This document shows, piece after piece, positions 12,540 through 25,143 of a stretch of 64,000 nt of DNA. The stretch lies in the NCBI RefSeq assembly GCF_026210795.1, contig NC_089435.1, positions 744,001-808,000 of the forward strand, given 5' to 3'. Source of the stretch: Rhizophagus irregularis. Taxonomy: Eukaryota. The notes beneath the pieces were generated by a model that worked only from the letters and a program-made list of their open reading frames with translations, was not told the DNA's origin and did no database searches. Position numbers and translations under genes: made by a program. The number at the start of each line of letters is the position of its first letter. Position 1 is the stretch's first letter.

Positions 12540-13790
12540 ATGAAGTGATACAAATAAAAGAAACAATAACAATAAATAAAAAGATAAGTAAATTACAATG
12601 ATCAAGGAGAAGATGCTAATAAAAAAATGAAATAACGATGGAGTATAAATGGAAAGTAATAGGAGATGAAAGGGAGTAATGATTGGAGACAAAAAGGAGA
12701 AATAGGACATGATGGAAGATGAAGAGAAGTGATGGGAGTCGAAAAGGATTGATGGGAGACGAAAAGAAGTGACGGAAAGATGAAGAGGAGTAATGGGAGA
12801 CGAAAAGGAGTGATGAGAGACAAAAAGAAATGATAGGAAGTAAACAGGAAAGAAAAAGAAATAATGGAAAATGAAAAGATGTAATAGAAAATAATGGCAG
12901 ATGAAAAGTATGGGATAATGAGAAGTAATAGGAGGTGAAAAATGATGAGAGACAAAAAATAAAAAAATGATCATGAAGGAGGTTGGGTAGCAAAAGATAA
13001 TAATAGGAAACCAAATAAAAAATAAAACCATGAAGTAAAAAAAAATGAAGTTAGTAAGAATGAAATATAAGATAGCCCTATGAAAAAAAAATTTCTTTAA
13101 AATATACTTATGTACTTATATATTTTTAAAATATATCTAAAATGTACTTAAAATTTTTAAATGTACTTAAAATATACTTAAAATTGCAATTTTAAGTATA
13201 TTTAAAGTATGAAATTTTATACTTAAATTATATTTAAAATATACTTAAATTATACTTAAATTATATTTAAATTGCAATTAAGTACAAAATTTTACACTTT
13301 AAATATACTTAAAATTGCAATTTTAAGTATATTTTAAGTATATTTTAAAATGTTAAGTATATTTTAGATATATTTTAAAAATATATAAGTATATTTTAAG
13401 TACATTTTAAAGAAATTTTTTTTTATAGGGTAGAAATGAAATAAAAAAAAATAAATAAAAAATAAAAAACATACCTTTATTAATTGTAGAACCAAAAAGG
13501 AACTAAAAGGTCTAAAAAATGAAATAAAATTAGTGAAAATGAAATATGAAACAGAAACAAAATAAAAAAAAATAAAAAAAATAAGTAAGAAACAAAACAT
13601 AAAGTGAAAAACAACTGAACCTTAATTGCAAAACTGGAAGGACTAAAGAACCTAAAAATAATGAATAAAAAACAAAGTGTAAGAATATAAGTTAGAAATA
13701 AAAATAAAAGAAAAAAAGAAAAATACCTTTGAGGCTGAAAGAACCGAGGGAACGAATCTATACTGAAAACGAGATTCGATAAACAAATAA
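12540..13790. repeat. Strongly purine-skewed (A/G-rich) low-complexity tract, interrupted by a MITE
   Basis: Nearly C-free GA-rich sequence with degenerate GATGGGAGAC/GAAAAG units. It produces spurious F/L/S-rich ORFs on the minus strand. Confidence 0.75.
13076..13430. mobile_element. CCCTA-ended palindromic MITE (CACTA/CMC-like), 355 bp
   Basis: Ends CCCTATGAAAAAAAAATTTCTTTAAAAT ... ATTTTAAAGAAATTTTTTTTTATAGGG. Nearly the whole element is an inverted repeat built of ATACTTAAA units. 3-bp TSD TAG at 13073-13075 and 13431-13433. Confidence 0.85.
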
Positions 13791-13921
13791 ACATGACGTG
13801 ATCATGTGGCTAATCTGGCCAATCAAAATATTAACCAATATGTTTTTTATTTTATTTTTTTTATGAATTTTTTTTATTAACATTCTTTTATATATACTGT
13901 ATATATATATTTTTATTTTTT

Positions 13922-14209
13922 TTATACTACACTCCATTCTGTTAAGAATATTAATATAAAATAATACACCGCAGGCACTTTTGTCTCTCGTTTGTTAAGG
14001 CATATTGGTGTTTTACCCGGTTTAGTGTAAGCGTTTGGCCCTAAGGTCTTCTCTTCATACTCTAAGTATTCGTTTACTTTTTTAAAATTTACTATGTCTG
14101 CTATGTATTTGTCGTATATCTCTTCAAACTCATCATAAAACTTATTCAAATAAATTTTGGTATTAACTTCTATGGCCTCCTCAAAGACTTCTTTGTTTAT
14201 TTGTGTCAT
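13922..14209 (-). CDS. Possible small hypothetical protein or gene fragment
   Basis: 95-aa ATG-initiated ORF with protein-like composition. No recognisable domain. Confidence 0.3.
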   Translation of the reverse strand: MTQINKEVFEEAIEVNTKIYLNKFYDEFEEIYDKYIADIVNFKKVNEYLEYEEKTLGPNAYTKPGKTPICLNKRETKVPAVYYFILIFLTEWSVV

Positions 14210-17200
14210 ATTTTAATATTTTTTGTTAGCGTTTGATATACAAAAATATATTTTATTTCTCCTGCAAATTTTGGTATTGAGGATCGGTGGAAGGAGTTCC
14301 TTCCCGGTTATATCCGATTTTGAAAGTAGTAAGCTTTATCTTAAATAAAAATTTCATTGGCCAGCGTGATCGTGACTGACAGGTAGCTTATGCACGTGTT
14401 GTCGTGTCATATCAACAATTTCATAGATCTGGATTTTACTTATTGTCTCCAAAACCAATCGAGTAAATTATACCTATTGATTACCAATTATGCCACTATG
14501 CAAATAAATTCCAATTATGCAAATAAATCTGAATATTAAGATACAAATAAATACTTGAAATTGATTTTTTTTTAAAAAAAAAAAGTATTTAATGAGTAAA
14601 TACTAAAATTGTTTTTTTGTCTATTATTTCAATTATTTTTACAATATTTATAGACTTGTTAAAAATCACTTAATAATAATACTCAAAAAAAAAAATAGAA
14701 AATAATTCATTTCATATTTATTATGAAAAATATAAAAAGACAGATATCTGCAAAAAAAGCACAAAACACACACATAAAAACTCTATAGTTATAAATTTCT
14801 TTAATAAAAGTTAAATAAATACATTAAAATTGATTTATAAAATAATTTTTTTCATATAAAAAAAAGACTAAATTCTATTGTAATATTTTGATAATATATA
14901 TTAAAACATAAATATGATGTTGCCATATGCTTTAAAAAAAACTTTCTCCTAATACCTTTTCACCTTCAAATGACATCGGAAATGTTCTTTTTGAGAATGG
15001 AGTGTTTACGATTGCAGCAATGACATCCGCCGCTACCTTCCCCACATTCTTTAAATCAATTACAATACTTAAGGACCATGTAACATTTTGTACATCCAAT
15101 GGTACAGAGGGGAGCATTAATCTCCATACAAATGAAGAGGAAGTAAGGAATGTCAGAGAGGCGTTTACTATAATTCTTTAAGATACATTAGCTTTTTTCA
15201 AAATGCATAAAAAAATAATTATATATCATTGAATGAAATGATATATCCATTTATATAAATTTTACAGTATTGATATTGTAATTTTTGAAAATAGAATATT
15301 ATAAAATTGGAATCAATATCAAGTCTTATTAATTAAGGAAATAACATTATAAGTCAAGAAATACATAGAAATTGAAAAGATCATGAATCATAGATTTGTA
15401 TTATATAAATATTATTTACACCAATTATAATATAGAAATATTATCAAAATATGTTCAACAATAGTTTGAAATGAAATGTTCTAATTGTCAAATATGATTG
15501 ACCTATCGAATATGCAGGAGAATTTTATGATAAAGATAACAATTTTTTTTACACATAGAATACTGCTTTATTAGATATGAACATTTATTAAATTATAGAA
15601 ATATAATCATATTATTATAAATTATTTTAAATTTACTTAAAAATAATTTTAATTAAAATGTCAAAATTGCAAGGGTTTATAGTGGATGAACTAATAGAAG
15701 ACTAGAAGTACAGAATTCGCAAGTACCATGGTACAAGCAGACAAGAACTTTGGGCTAGACTTCTCAAAAGATTCTTATATGCAATATTTATGATTCTTTC
15801 TTCTGAACTTTACTATATAATTATTTTAACCTTTTATAGAATTCTTTAAAATCTTGTTATTTTCTTTAAAATTACATGAGAACACATAGGTTAAAGAAAA
15901 TTATAGTATGAAATAATTGAATGCAAAAACATTCCTATTATATATATTACTGTAGAAAAACTTTTACTATATTAAATGTAGAAAGGATTAAACTCATATA
16001 ACTTTACAATAGTAAGGTTAGAATTACAAAAAAATTCCAGTTATTAGAGCTAATATCAATACTATATTTAATTATATATTATCAAAGGTTAATAGCCTCA
16101 AGATACATATACATAAATTAATAATAAAAATTAATAATTAAATAAATAATCATAGCATGCCTTAAAAGATAACAGCATAAAGCACATATTGAGGAACTAT
16201 AACATGAAGAACTCATTGACATTTAATAATGTGCAGGCTGACAAATATTGAGATGATATAGATAAAATTATAAGTAATTAATTAAAATACAAAAAAAATA
16301 TGATGGACTGATAGTTAGTTTAGATTTATATTGAAAAATGTGATGAGAATTAAAGATACTTATAACTAGGTATTATTTAAGAAATATAATACCACTTTAT
16401 GCTTTAGTTAAATATTTCATACACTTCTTTAAAATAGTATAAAATTTACTAATATTCAATGGAATGAGCGCAAACTTACTTTTTATACCATTATTATATA
16501 ATGGTGGTGTAAACAAAATTTTGAATATGTACTGTAACTAAAACATCCGAAAAGTAACAATAATACTTTAAAGACAAAGACTTTACCAGTGTCCTACAAT
16601 GTTAAATATATACTTTTTAACATTTAATATATCCTTATTTTTTAATAATATTTATATGAAAATTTGCAGGTTGGGTGATCACAGCAAAAAATTACTTTGC
16701 CATTTAATTACGCCAAACCAGCCAAACTTATATTGGATATGGATAGTCCATGATAATATAAATACAAATGAAAAAAAGAGTGTCTCTTTAATTTTTAAGA
16801 CTTATTTATAAAGCAAAAAATAATATAAAGGCGTGGTAATGAATATTACCACGCAATGACTGGAAGGAACTGGGTAGATTTTTGAGGATGGACAGCAAGA
16901 AGAATACACAAGATTTAAATTTTCGGTGTACTGCTTGACAATGCGGGCAAAGATTTCGAAATTTAGTCCAGAACTTAACATTAGTAAAACAATAATAAAA
17001 TAAAATATAAAAATCAGAATAAGATACCAATCCCACCATATAATTAAAAAAGTACATTAAATTACAAGAAATTTTTAATGTCATTAAACTCAAATTTTTT
17101 AAAACCATTATATAAGAATTATTTGGAGTCATATAGAATATCTGATATATAGAGTACTACTTAAATTTAAAATATATTTTATAAATTAATTTTATTATTT

Positions 17201-18247
17201 CAAATAATATTAAAAGTAAACAAACAAATTTCCTTATTTTAAATATAAATGTTAAGTAACGTTATTAAAATCATGTTTTTTTGCATTACTATTAAGAAAA
17301 AAACGTTTTGGCATTTTTTCATATAATATTATACCGAAATGTTTAATTATTAAGAAAAAACGTTAACATTATATAAAAAAACGCCAAAACATTCTTTTGC
17401 ATTAATTATTAAGAAAAACGTTTGGCATTTTTTCATATAATATTATAAAAAAAAATGCCGGAACGTTTTCTTTACAATTATTTAGTAAAGAAATGTCTCA
17501 GCATTTTCTTTTACTTCGGGTTAACAGGTCAATCAGATTGGGTCGGGTCATAAATTTGATGACCCGACCCTGAATATTTTGGGTCAACCTGATGGGTCAC
17601 CTGAATTGACTTGACCCGTTTGGAACACATTTATTTATATTTAAGTTTATGAGATTTTAAAAATTTTATCTGAATTTTTAAAGTACAATATTAATAATAC
17701 AATCGAATTATTCAATAAACATTTTTTTATATTAAAGCAATTCCGGCCGGAGTTAATATTTCCTAATATGGATATTTGCGTAGCGTATTATTATTCATTA
17801 TGACACGTGATACCAGATAAAAATATTTTTAATTCAGGCCAGAATTATAATTTTGGCCAGAATTACTGCCGATCGATTACGACCACGTGCGACATGCGTA
17901 TGAAAAAATTCATAATATTTTTGCAATTAGCAGTAAAAAAGTTCACTAATTTGCTTACTTTAAGTTTCTTGTTTATTTTACTGTAAATAAAAAAAAATTT
18001 TTTTTGTTCTCATAAAGGTAAAAACATTATTTATTTACGAAAATTATAAAACGCACCAGTGGTGTTGTAAACACCACATCACGTGATCATGTGTTACTGA
18101 TCAGTTTATTTTTTTTAACGCGATTTATTATTTTTTCTGTTTCTTTTTTTTAGGTTTCTTTAGACACGACCATCTTTAGCTTTGGGATTAGGTTACAGGT
18201 AAGTTTTTTTTTGCTTCTATTTTCCTTTCTTTCGTTCATTAAACTTG

Positions 18248-19800
18248 CCCTATAAGAAATATGTATACGGAAAGGAAACGGTTTGTATACATTTTATGTA
18301 CGTTTCTATAGATTCCGTATACAAATTCCGTATATTTAATAAGCAATTCATTTTTGAACATTTTTTAAAAAAACTAATGTATACGAAATGTATACGGAAA
18401 AAATTAATCATACGGAATGTATACGGAATTTTTAAACTTAATATTTTTAGAAAATAATTTTACAAAAATCTCGTAACATAACACGAGATCACGTGATTGT
18501 TTATTGTTTTGTTATGATACGTTTTTTGTTTTTTATATAAACCCTTACTTTGATGAGTTTGATCTTCCGATCTTCCTTTCTGTCTTTCCCTTCCTTCTCT
18601 TTTCTCTTGTTTTATTTTTGTTATTTTTTCTAAATTTTTCTTCTTTTTTCGTCACCCCCCTTTTAAAAATAATTTTTTTTTCGTACCTCACTTTAAATTT
18701 TTTTTTTCATCACTCTCTCCTTTAAAAAAAAATTTTTTTTTTGATTTTATTCTTTTATTCCCACTCTTCTTTTTTTTAAAAAAAATTTTCTTCTTTCTAT
18801 TTCTATTTCCTCTTTATAAAAAATTTTTATTTTTCTAACTTTGACGTCCTCCCTTTAAAAAAAAAAATTTTTTTAACTTTCCTAACTTCGTTACTCTCTT
18901 TTTAAAAAAATTTTTTTTTTGATTTATTCTTTATTCCCCTTTCTTTTTTATTTATATTTATCTCTTTTTTTATTTCATAGGCCAGCAGATTTTTTTTTGT
19001 GAGAAGACTCGGTTTCTTTTTTCTTTTTTGTAGATCAGTTTGGAAGTCCTTTCCTTTTTGTAAGATTGTTCAGGATTTTTTTCTTTTTTTAGGTCAGTTC
19101 AAATTTTCTTTTTTTTTTTTGTAAGTTGGGTTCAGATTCTTTTCTTTTTGTAGGTTGTTTCGGTTTTGTTGCTTCAGAGTCTTCTTTTTTTGTAGGTCAG
19201 TTTTGGATTTATTTTGTTGTTTTGGTTTCTTTTTCATCAGATGCTTCATAATTCTTTTCATTTATGTAGGTCAGACATTCTGGAGTTCTCTTTCTTTTTT
19301 TGTAGGAATACTGACCTTTGGTGACTTGGACGATTGCAGATACTATATGAAGGGGGGTTTTGTTTCCAATTAAGTTAGACGTTCTTATGTTTCTTTTTTT
19401 GTTTTTTTTAGGTTTGACTCCAAATGAACCTGAACTTATAGATAATTTTGGTTGCAATAGGTGGTTTTAATAAGGAGGAATTTTCATAATGTATTTGTAT
19501 TTTGTTTATTTTTTATTTTTTATTTAATTTAATAAAGTAAAATTAGATTTATGTAAATATAATTATAGTAAACTGTAATACAAATAGTAAATTCAGTGAC
19601 CAAATCGTATAAATTTCGTGATAAAGTCAGTGATCAAATCATGTAAATTCCATATGAATTCCGTGCAAATTCCGTATCCAAACCATATTTTTAGTGATAC
19701 GGAATTGTGCATTTTTCCGTATCCTATTATGATACGTTATTTCTAAGGAAAAAAATCGTATAAAAACTTTATAAAAAACGTATCCAATTTTTTTATAGGG
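18248..19800. mobile_element. CCCTA-ended non-autonomous element (CACTA/CMC-like), copy 1, nested in the 18038-21145 element
   Basis: Imperfect TIR CCCTATAAGAAATATGTATACG / CCCTATAAAAAAATTGGATACG. 3-bp TSD TTG at 18245-18247 and 19801-19803. CCGTAT/ATACGG subterminal repeats. Near-identical copy at 57882-59372. Confidence 0.92.
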
Positions 19801-20029
19801 TTGCTTGTTCTTTTTTTTAGGCGCGGCTGTTTTCAGTTTCCATTTCGGCAAATATTTAAGGTGAATCTTACTTTCTTTTCTTTCTCTTTTTTTTTGTTTT
19901 TCTTTTTGTTCTTTTCCCTGTTCTTTTATTAACCTTTGTTTCTTTTTTAGACGTGTACCATTTCAGTGAAATCTGAGTAAGTCTCTTTCGTCTTTTTCTC
20001 TTATTGTTTTATCGCTGTTAAAACGATAT

Positions 20030-20925
20030 TAAGTATTTTTTTCTTTTTCTATGGGTGGTGTTCTGGCTTTACTTTTATTTTCCTTTATTTCTCTTACTTT
20101 CGTTTTATTTGTTTCTTCATTATTTTTTGTTTTTATCCATCCATTTCTGTTCATTTTGTTTTCTTTCATCTCTTTCTATTTATGTTTCGTTTCCTTCATT
20201 CCTTTGTTGTTCTTATTCCCTTTATTTCTTTCATTGTTTTCTATTCTCGCTTCATTTCTTTTGTTATTTTCATTCCCCTTCGTTGCTTTCACATTGCTTT
20301 TTATTCCCTTTTGTTCCCTTACATTTCTTTGTTGTTTTTTATTCTCCTATTGTTCCTTTTCATTTTTTTTTCATCTCTTTTGTTCCTTCTCATTTTTCTT
20401 TTGTTTCTCTTATTGATTTTTATTCCCTTTTGTTCCCTTTCATTTCCCCTTCATTTCTCTCATGGCATTTTATTCCCTTTTCTTTCATTGTTTTTATTCC
20501 CCCTTTATTTTTTTCATTGTTTTTTTTTATTCTCTCTTTGCTCCCCTTTATTCCCCCTTTGTTTCTCTTGTTAAATTTTATTTCCCCTTCGATTCTTTTG
20601 TTCCTTTTTACTATTCTTCACTTTTTTTTTCATTTCCTTTACGATTATCTTCGTTTTCCTTCATCCTCTTTCATTCATCTTTCGTTTCCCTATATCATTT
20701 TCACTTATTCATTTTTTTCATTCATCTTTCACGTCTCTTTTGTTCATCTTTCATGTATCTTCATCATATTTTGTTTATCTTTCATCATTTTTGTTCATCT
20801 TTCATTTCCCTACATCACTTTTCGTTTACTCAACCCTTTTCATTTATCTTTCCTTTCCTTTATTTCCCTTGGTTTTTTTCATTGTCCTTTTTTACTATAT
20901 TTTTTGTCCTTTCTTCATATATTGC
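20030..20925. repeat. Pyrimidine-skewed (T/C-rich) low-complexity tract
   Basis: Almost G-free plus strand made of TTCAT/TTCCC-type units. Several overlapping F/S/L-rich spurious ORFs. Confidence 0.8.
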
Positions 20926-21264
20926 AGCGCATTTACATACAGCATTACGGCATTAAAGTTAAAGTTATGCAATTACGACTTAATCAGCTATCGGTTATAT
21001 CATAAAATTTTTTTTATAAATCATGTAATGCATTGTGGTGTAACATTTTTTATTGATCAAATAAAATCGAAAAACTAGCCAATAAAAAATTTTATAATCA
21101 CGTGATTGTGGTGTTGAGCACCAGTGGTGTGATTTAGTACAGTCGTTTATTTATATAGGCATTTTTGTTACATTTTTGTTAATAATTTACCGATCATATT
21201 TTAACAAATTAGTCAATAAATTGTTGACCAGTTTGATAATTTACCAAAAAAGTTAGTTTTTTTG

Positions 21265-21346
21265 AGTCCTATTAGACCGATCATCCCAGTCCTAGGACCG
21301 GTCCTATAACCGGTCCGTGGCCCAGTCAGACCGTTAAACATCCCTA
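21265..21346. mobile_element. Solitary hAT-like terminus abutting the GST pseudogene
   Basis: GACCG/CGGTC motifs ending in AACATCCCTA (reverse complement TAGGGATGTT), typical of hAT-type ends. The partner end was not found. Confidence 0.4.
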
Positions 21347-21935
21347 ACTACATCTGCTTACAGACTTGTAGTAATCTACGTTCTTAAGGAATTAGGATTA
21401 TCTTACGAATTCACTCAATCAAGTAATTTTGAAGAATTAAATCTCCAGAATATTTGGCTACCAAACATTGTAGGCGATAATTTTTTTTGTTATTTCTTAT
21501 GTACATTAAGAAACATCCTGATTAAACTTTCGTTCTTTTTTTTTTTTTAAATAGCGGAAGGGTCCCTCCTCTTAACGATAATGGATTCCAAATTTACGAA
21601 TCTTGTGCAATAGCTCATTATTTGATAAATAAAAATTCATCACTTTTATTCCTTTGATTGAACAGTTCATTTCAGTAGAAACCTCTTATTGTACTTAACT
21701 TCGGAGTAAATTAATTATGTAATTAATACTTGAAACGACGTGGTAGTGACTTGATCTTAAAATTGTTAACGAAGCTCGCGAAGAACTCGAAGGTAAAAAT
21801 TATTTAACTGGGAATTTTCTTTTACTGATTTTCTTCACGTTCCTATAACTTTACACTAATGTTTCTAGATGGTGGAAGAACATTAGCAAATGTGAATAAA
21901 GTTGGAAAAATATTGTCATTAAATATAAATTAACA
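21347..21935 (+). pseudogene. Glutathione S-transferase pseudogene, 5'-truncated
   Basis: Nucleotide match to 23267-24008 (gttcttaa.gaattaggattatctta, gaagctcgcgaagaactcgaa, ctaatgtttctagatggtggaa) with many deletions and frameshifts. Confidence 0.88.
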
Positions 21936-23266
21936 TAAATTGTGATAGATTCATTTACAATAAATAGTATCAAATATTGAAAAACCTTATATTGCATGAT
22001 TGACTATTTCGCGTGCTACTGTATATTGTTATTTGGCACGAAGTATTCAATACTGATGTCCATTTAATAACAAAGTGCTCAATAACGGTTATACCCCTGT
22101 CCCCTGGTAGCACAACATCATTTCGAAGTGATTTTTTAAATTTTTATATTTTTATTTCCTGTAATAATCTGTAATTAGCCTATTAATTCATTGTTAACGT
22201 CTTTCTTTTCACTTTATACAGATGGAAGAGCGGAAAGTATATAACAGTATTTTGAAATTTTGAAATTTTAGTAGTGTCATTATTAGTTGTTAAACTGATA
22301 CATAAAACATTATAATTAAGACCCACTGATGCATAATAAGATAATATCCAGAATAGTTAACCTAATGGGGACACCGCGTATTTTTGTTTATTCTCTCTAT
22401 TCGATAAAGATCATCGTTATAACATGGGGATCGACAATTCCTGATTTATAATGGTCTGCCGGTCTGTAATTTACCACCGCCGACGTCGGACAATCGGCAA
22501 AATTTGCAACCGGAGGATTTTATTGCCGAAGATCTTGTGTAATTTTAGTCACAAGATGTAAACATATGTATTAGTTGCATTATCAAAGAAAAATGATGAT
22601 TAGTAATAAACTTCTAAAATATTCGTGTTTAACGATTTTCATACTTTCATACTTGGATTGTCTGCACATATTAATTTATTACATATGAACTACTTAAACT
22701 ACTTAGTGTGAGAATTTTTTTAATCTAAATGCCACGGCAATTTAGATCCGAGATTTATTTCCTATTAATAAAATTGAAAGAAATACGTAATTTTGAAAGT
22801 ATACAAAATTTAAATGACTTCCTTTCAAAGGGTTCTTTCTTTCTTTAACTATTGATCATTCTCAATGGTATTCTCCCAATTTATATAATTAATATTTCCA
22901 AATATCGGTAAAATTACGTAAAATCCCCTTGTTTTCGGACCGGAAACGGAAGAATTTATTATTAATTGTCCAAATCTAGACAAAAAAAAAGCATACTGAT
23001 TAAAATAATTAATTTTGTGAATCATAAAGAATTGATTTCAAATCAAAAGAAAATCAAAGAAAATTAAAGATAAAAATAAATTTTTTTTATAGGTCGAATT
23101 CGTATACTAATTAAAGAATGAAAAATTCTTTATAAATACGATCTCAAAAATACCTCGTCGAATTTCAATCAAGATATTTTTTTTTTCAAATTAAAAAAAA
23201 AAAAGATAACAAATAAATACTATTATATATAAATTTCTTTTCCCTTTTTGAAAAAACTCGTAAAAA

Positions 23267-24008
23267 ATGACCATTCAACTTACTGGATACTCTATCTCTG
23301 CTTATTGTCTCGCGCTACTCCAAGTTCTTAAAGAATTAGGATTATCTTATGAATTTATTCAACCAAATAATTTCGAAGATATTAAAACTCCGGAGTATTT
23401 GGCTACGAAACATCCTTTGTAAGTGAAAAAACCTTTTTTTCTTCAAAGTTATATACGCCACAGAAACATCACGAGTTACTGATTTGAACTTTCCTTCTTT
23501 TTTTTAATATAGCGGAAAAATTCCTTCTCTCAATGATGATGGATTCCAAATTTACGAATCTCGTGCAATCGCTCGTTATTTGGTAAAAAAATATCAAGGA
23601 ACCAAATCTTCCACCGTTCTTATTCCTTCCGATGTACAAAAAGCCGCTTTGGTTGAACAATTTATTTCAGTAGAAATCTCTTATTATTCTCAACCTTTAG
23701 GTAAATTGGTTGGGCAATTAATTTTCGCGAAACGCCGAGGTAATGAACCTGATCTTAAAATTGTTAACGAAGCTCGCGAAGAACTCGAAAAAGTTTTGGA
23801 TGTTTATGAAAAATTATTAGAGGGTAAAGATTATTTAACTGGAGAATTTTCTCTAGCCGATCTTCTTCATATTCCTTTAACTAATTATGCTATTAAAGCT
23901 GGTGAAAATGATTTATGGAGTAAACGTCCTAATGTTTCTAGATGGTGGAAAAACATTAGCGAACGTGAAAGTTGGAAAAATGTTCTCAATGAATATACAT
24001 TAGCATAA
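23267..24008 (+). CDS. Glutathione S-transferase, phi-class-like (exons 23267-23418, 23513-24008)
   Basis: Spliced protein MTIQLTGYSISAYCLALLQVLKELGLSYEF...KHPFGKIPSLNDDGFQIYESRAIARYL...LDVYEKLLEGKDYLTGEFSLADLLHIP...RPNVSRWW. Canonical GST N- and C-domain motifs. Confidence 0.93.
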
Positions 24009-24481
24009 TATATATGTATTTTTTTTACATTGTGATAAATAGTATGCTTTTCATTTATGTATAATATACTACTGTAAACAGCAGTATATGTAGTTTATTT
24101 CAAATAAATGTCGATTTTTAACCGATTTTAAATAATTCTATATCGCGAGTTTTATATACTGTTATGTTATTATGTCTATTAACATTTAATATTATAAAAA
24201 TTAACCACGCTTAAAGTTTAAATAAATTATAATTAATAAATAACTATCTAACCGACGAATAATTATTCTTTTACGGACAGTTGATATGTAATTTTGATCG
24301 TAAGACGTAAATATATTATGTACCTGACAATATGATTAATACGTTTTAAATGTTCAATATTTGATGATATTTATAAAAAGTTCTAGATTCATCACATCCG
24401 TTATCCGAGTTTAAGATTTTTAGGGTCGTTTATAAAAAGATTTAAATATTCGTAAATTTATTTATAACTTGAATAGATTTA

Positions 24482-24636
24482 CAACTATTTCATAAGCTAA
24501 GCTGCGGGACGTTCGAGAGACATTCAGCACATTCGGTAAAACTCGGTAAAGCTCATAATAAGGTCGGACCAATGATTCTGAGTTTCTCTCGACGAGGAGA
24601 AAAATGGTGGATGTCCCGTAACTTATAAATTTGCTG
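24482..24636. mobile_element. Putative Tc1/mariner/pogo-type MITE (about 155 bp)
   Basis: Imperfect inverted ends (CAACTATTTCATAAG..AAGCTGCGGGACG versus reverse complement CAGCAAATTTATAAGTTACGGGACA), flanked by TA on both sides. Confidence 0.45.
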
Positions 24637-25143
24637 TAAACAACTTTCATTCACTTTCAAAAAGTTTTAATCGATCGGCTATTTACTTTCATTCACTTTT
24701 TTTTTTTTTGAATGACTTGCAAGTAATCACCATTCTCAATGGCATTTCCCTCGATTTATGAACTAAAAAATATCGGAAAATTGTTTTGTAATTTCCGTAT
24801 TAAGCTGAATGTATTGAAACAGAAACCAGTATTAAGTTCGAAGTTGTACAGGACGGTCATGAGAATTGTATAGTCCTTCGTTACACCTCGAGCTAATAAA
24901 TTGCCCAAATCTAGATAAAATGAAAGGGATACTGCGTAAAATAATTAATATTGTGAATCGTAACAAAAATGATTTCAAATCAAACAAATCAATAATTTTT
25001 CTTTAGATATACTAATTAAAAAATCAAATTTCTTTACAAAAATACCTTTTCGAATCTTAATAAAAATATTATTTTTATTTTTTTTTTTTTAAAGCAAAAA
25101 TAATAATTATAATAAATTTTATTGTATCCTTTTTTTCGTAAAA

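Larger units (their letters stand above)
18038..21145. mobile_element. Non-autonomous TIR element with CGA...TCG ends and 8-bp TSD (superfamily unassigned)
   Basis: Left end CGAAAATTATAAAACGCACCAGTGGTGTTGTAAACACCACATCACGTGAT versus right end reverse complement CGACTGTACTAAATCACACCACTGGTGCTCAACACCACAATCACGTGAT. TTTATTTA flanks both sides (18030-18037, 21146-21153). Confidence 0.72.

Noticed and set aside
12537..13794. Several F/L/S/I-rich ORFs on the minus strand
   Set aside because: Artefacts of the purine-skewed tract; overlapping open frames with no domain signal.
8142..14470. GAGTAAATTA direct repeat at 8142-8151 and 14461-14470 as the TSD of a larger host element
   Set aside because: AT-rich 10-mer with no convincing inverted termini inside it; may be chance.
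14930..16400. Slightly GC-richer patches that might be a decayed LINE or gene
   Set aside because: No reading frame or motif could be assigned by eye.
17515..17630. GGGTC/GACCC cluster resembling a hAT subterminal region
   Set aside because: No partner terminus or TSD found.
20051..21078. Overlapping hydrophobic ORFs up to 316 aa that resemble membrane proteins
   Set aside because: The T/C-rich low-complexity tract lacks stop codons in all three frames.
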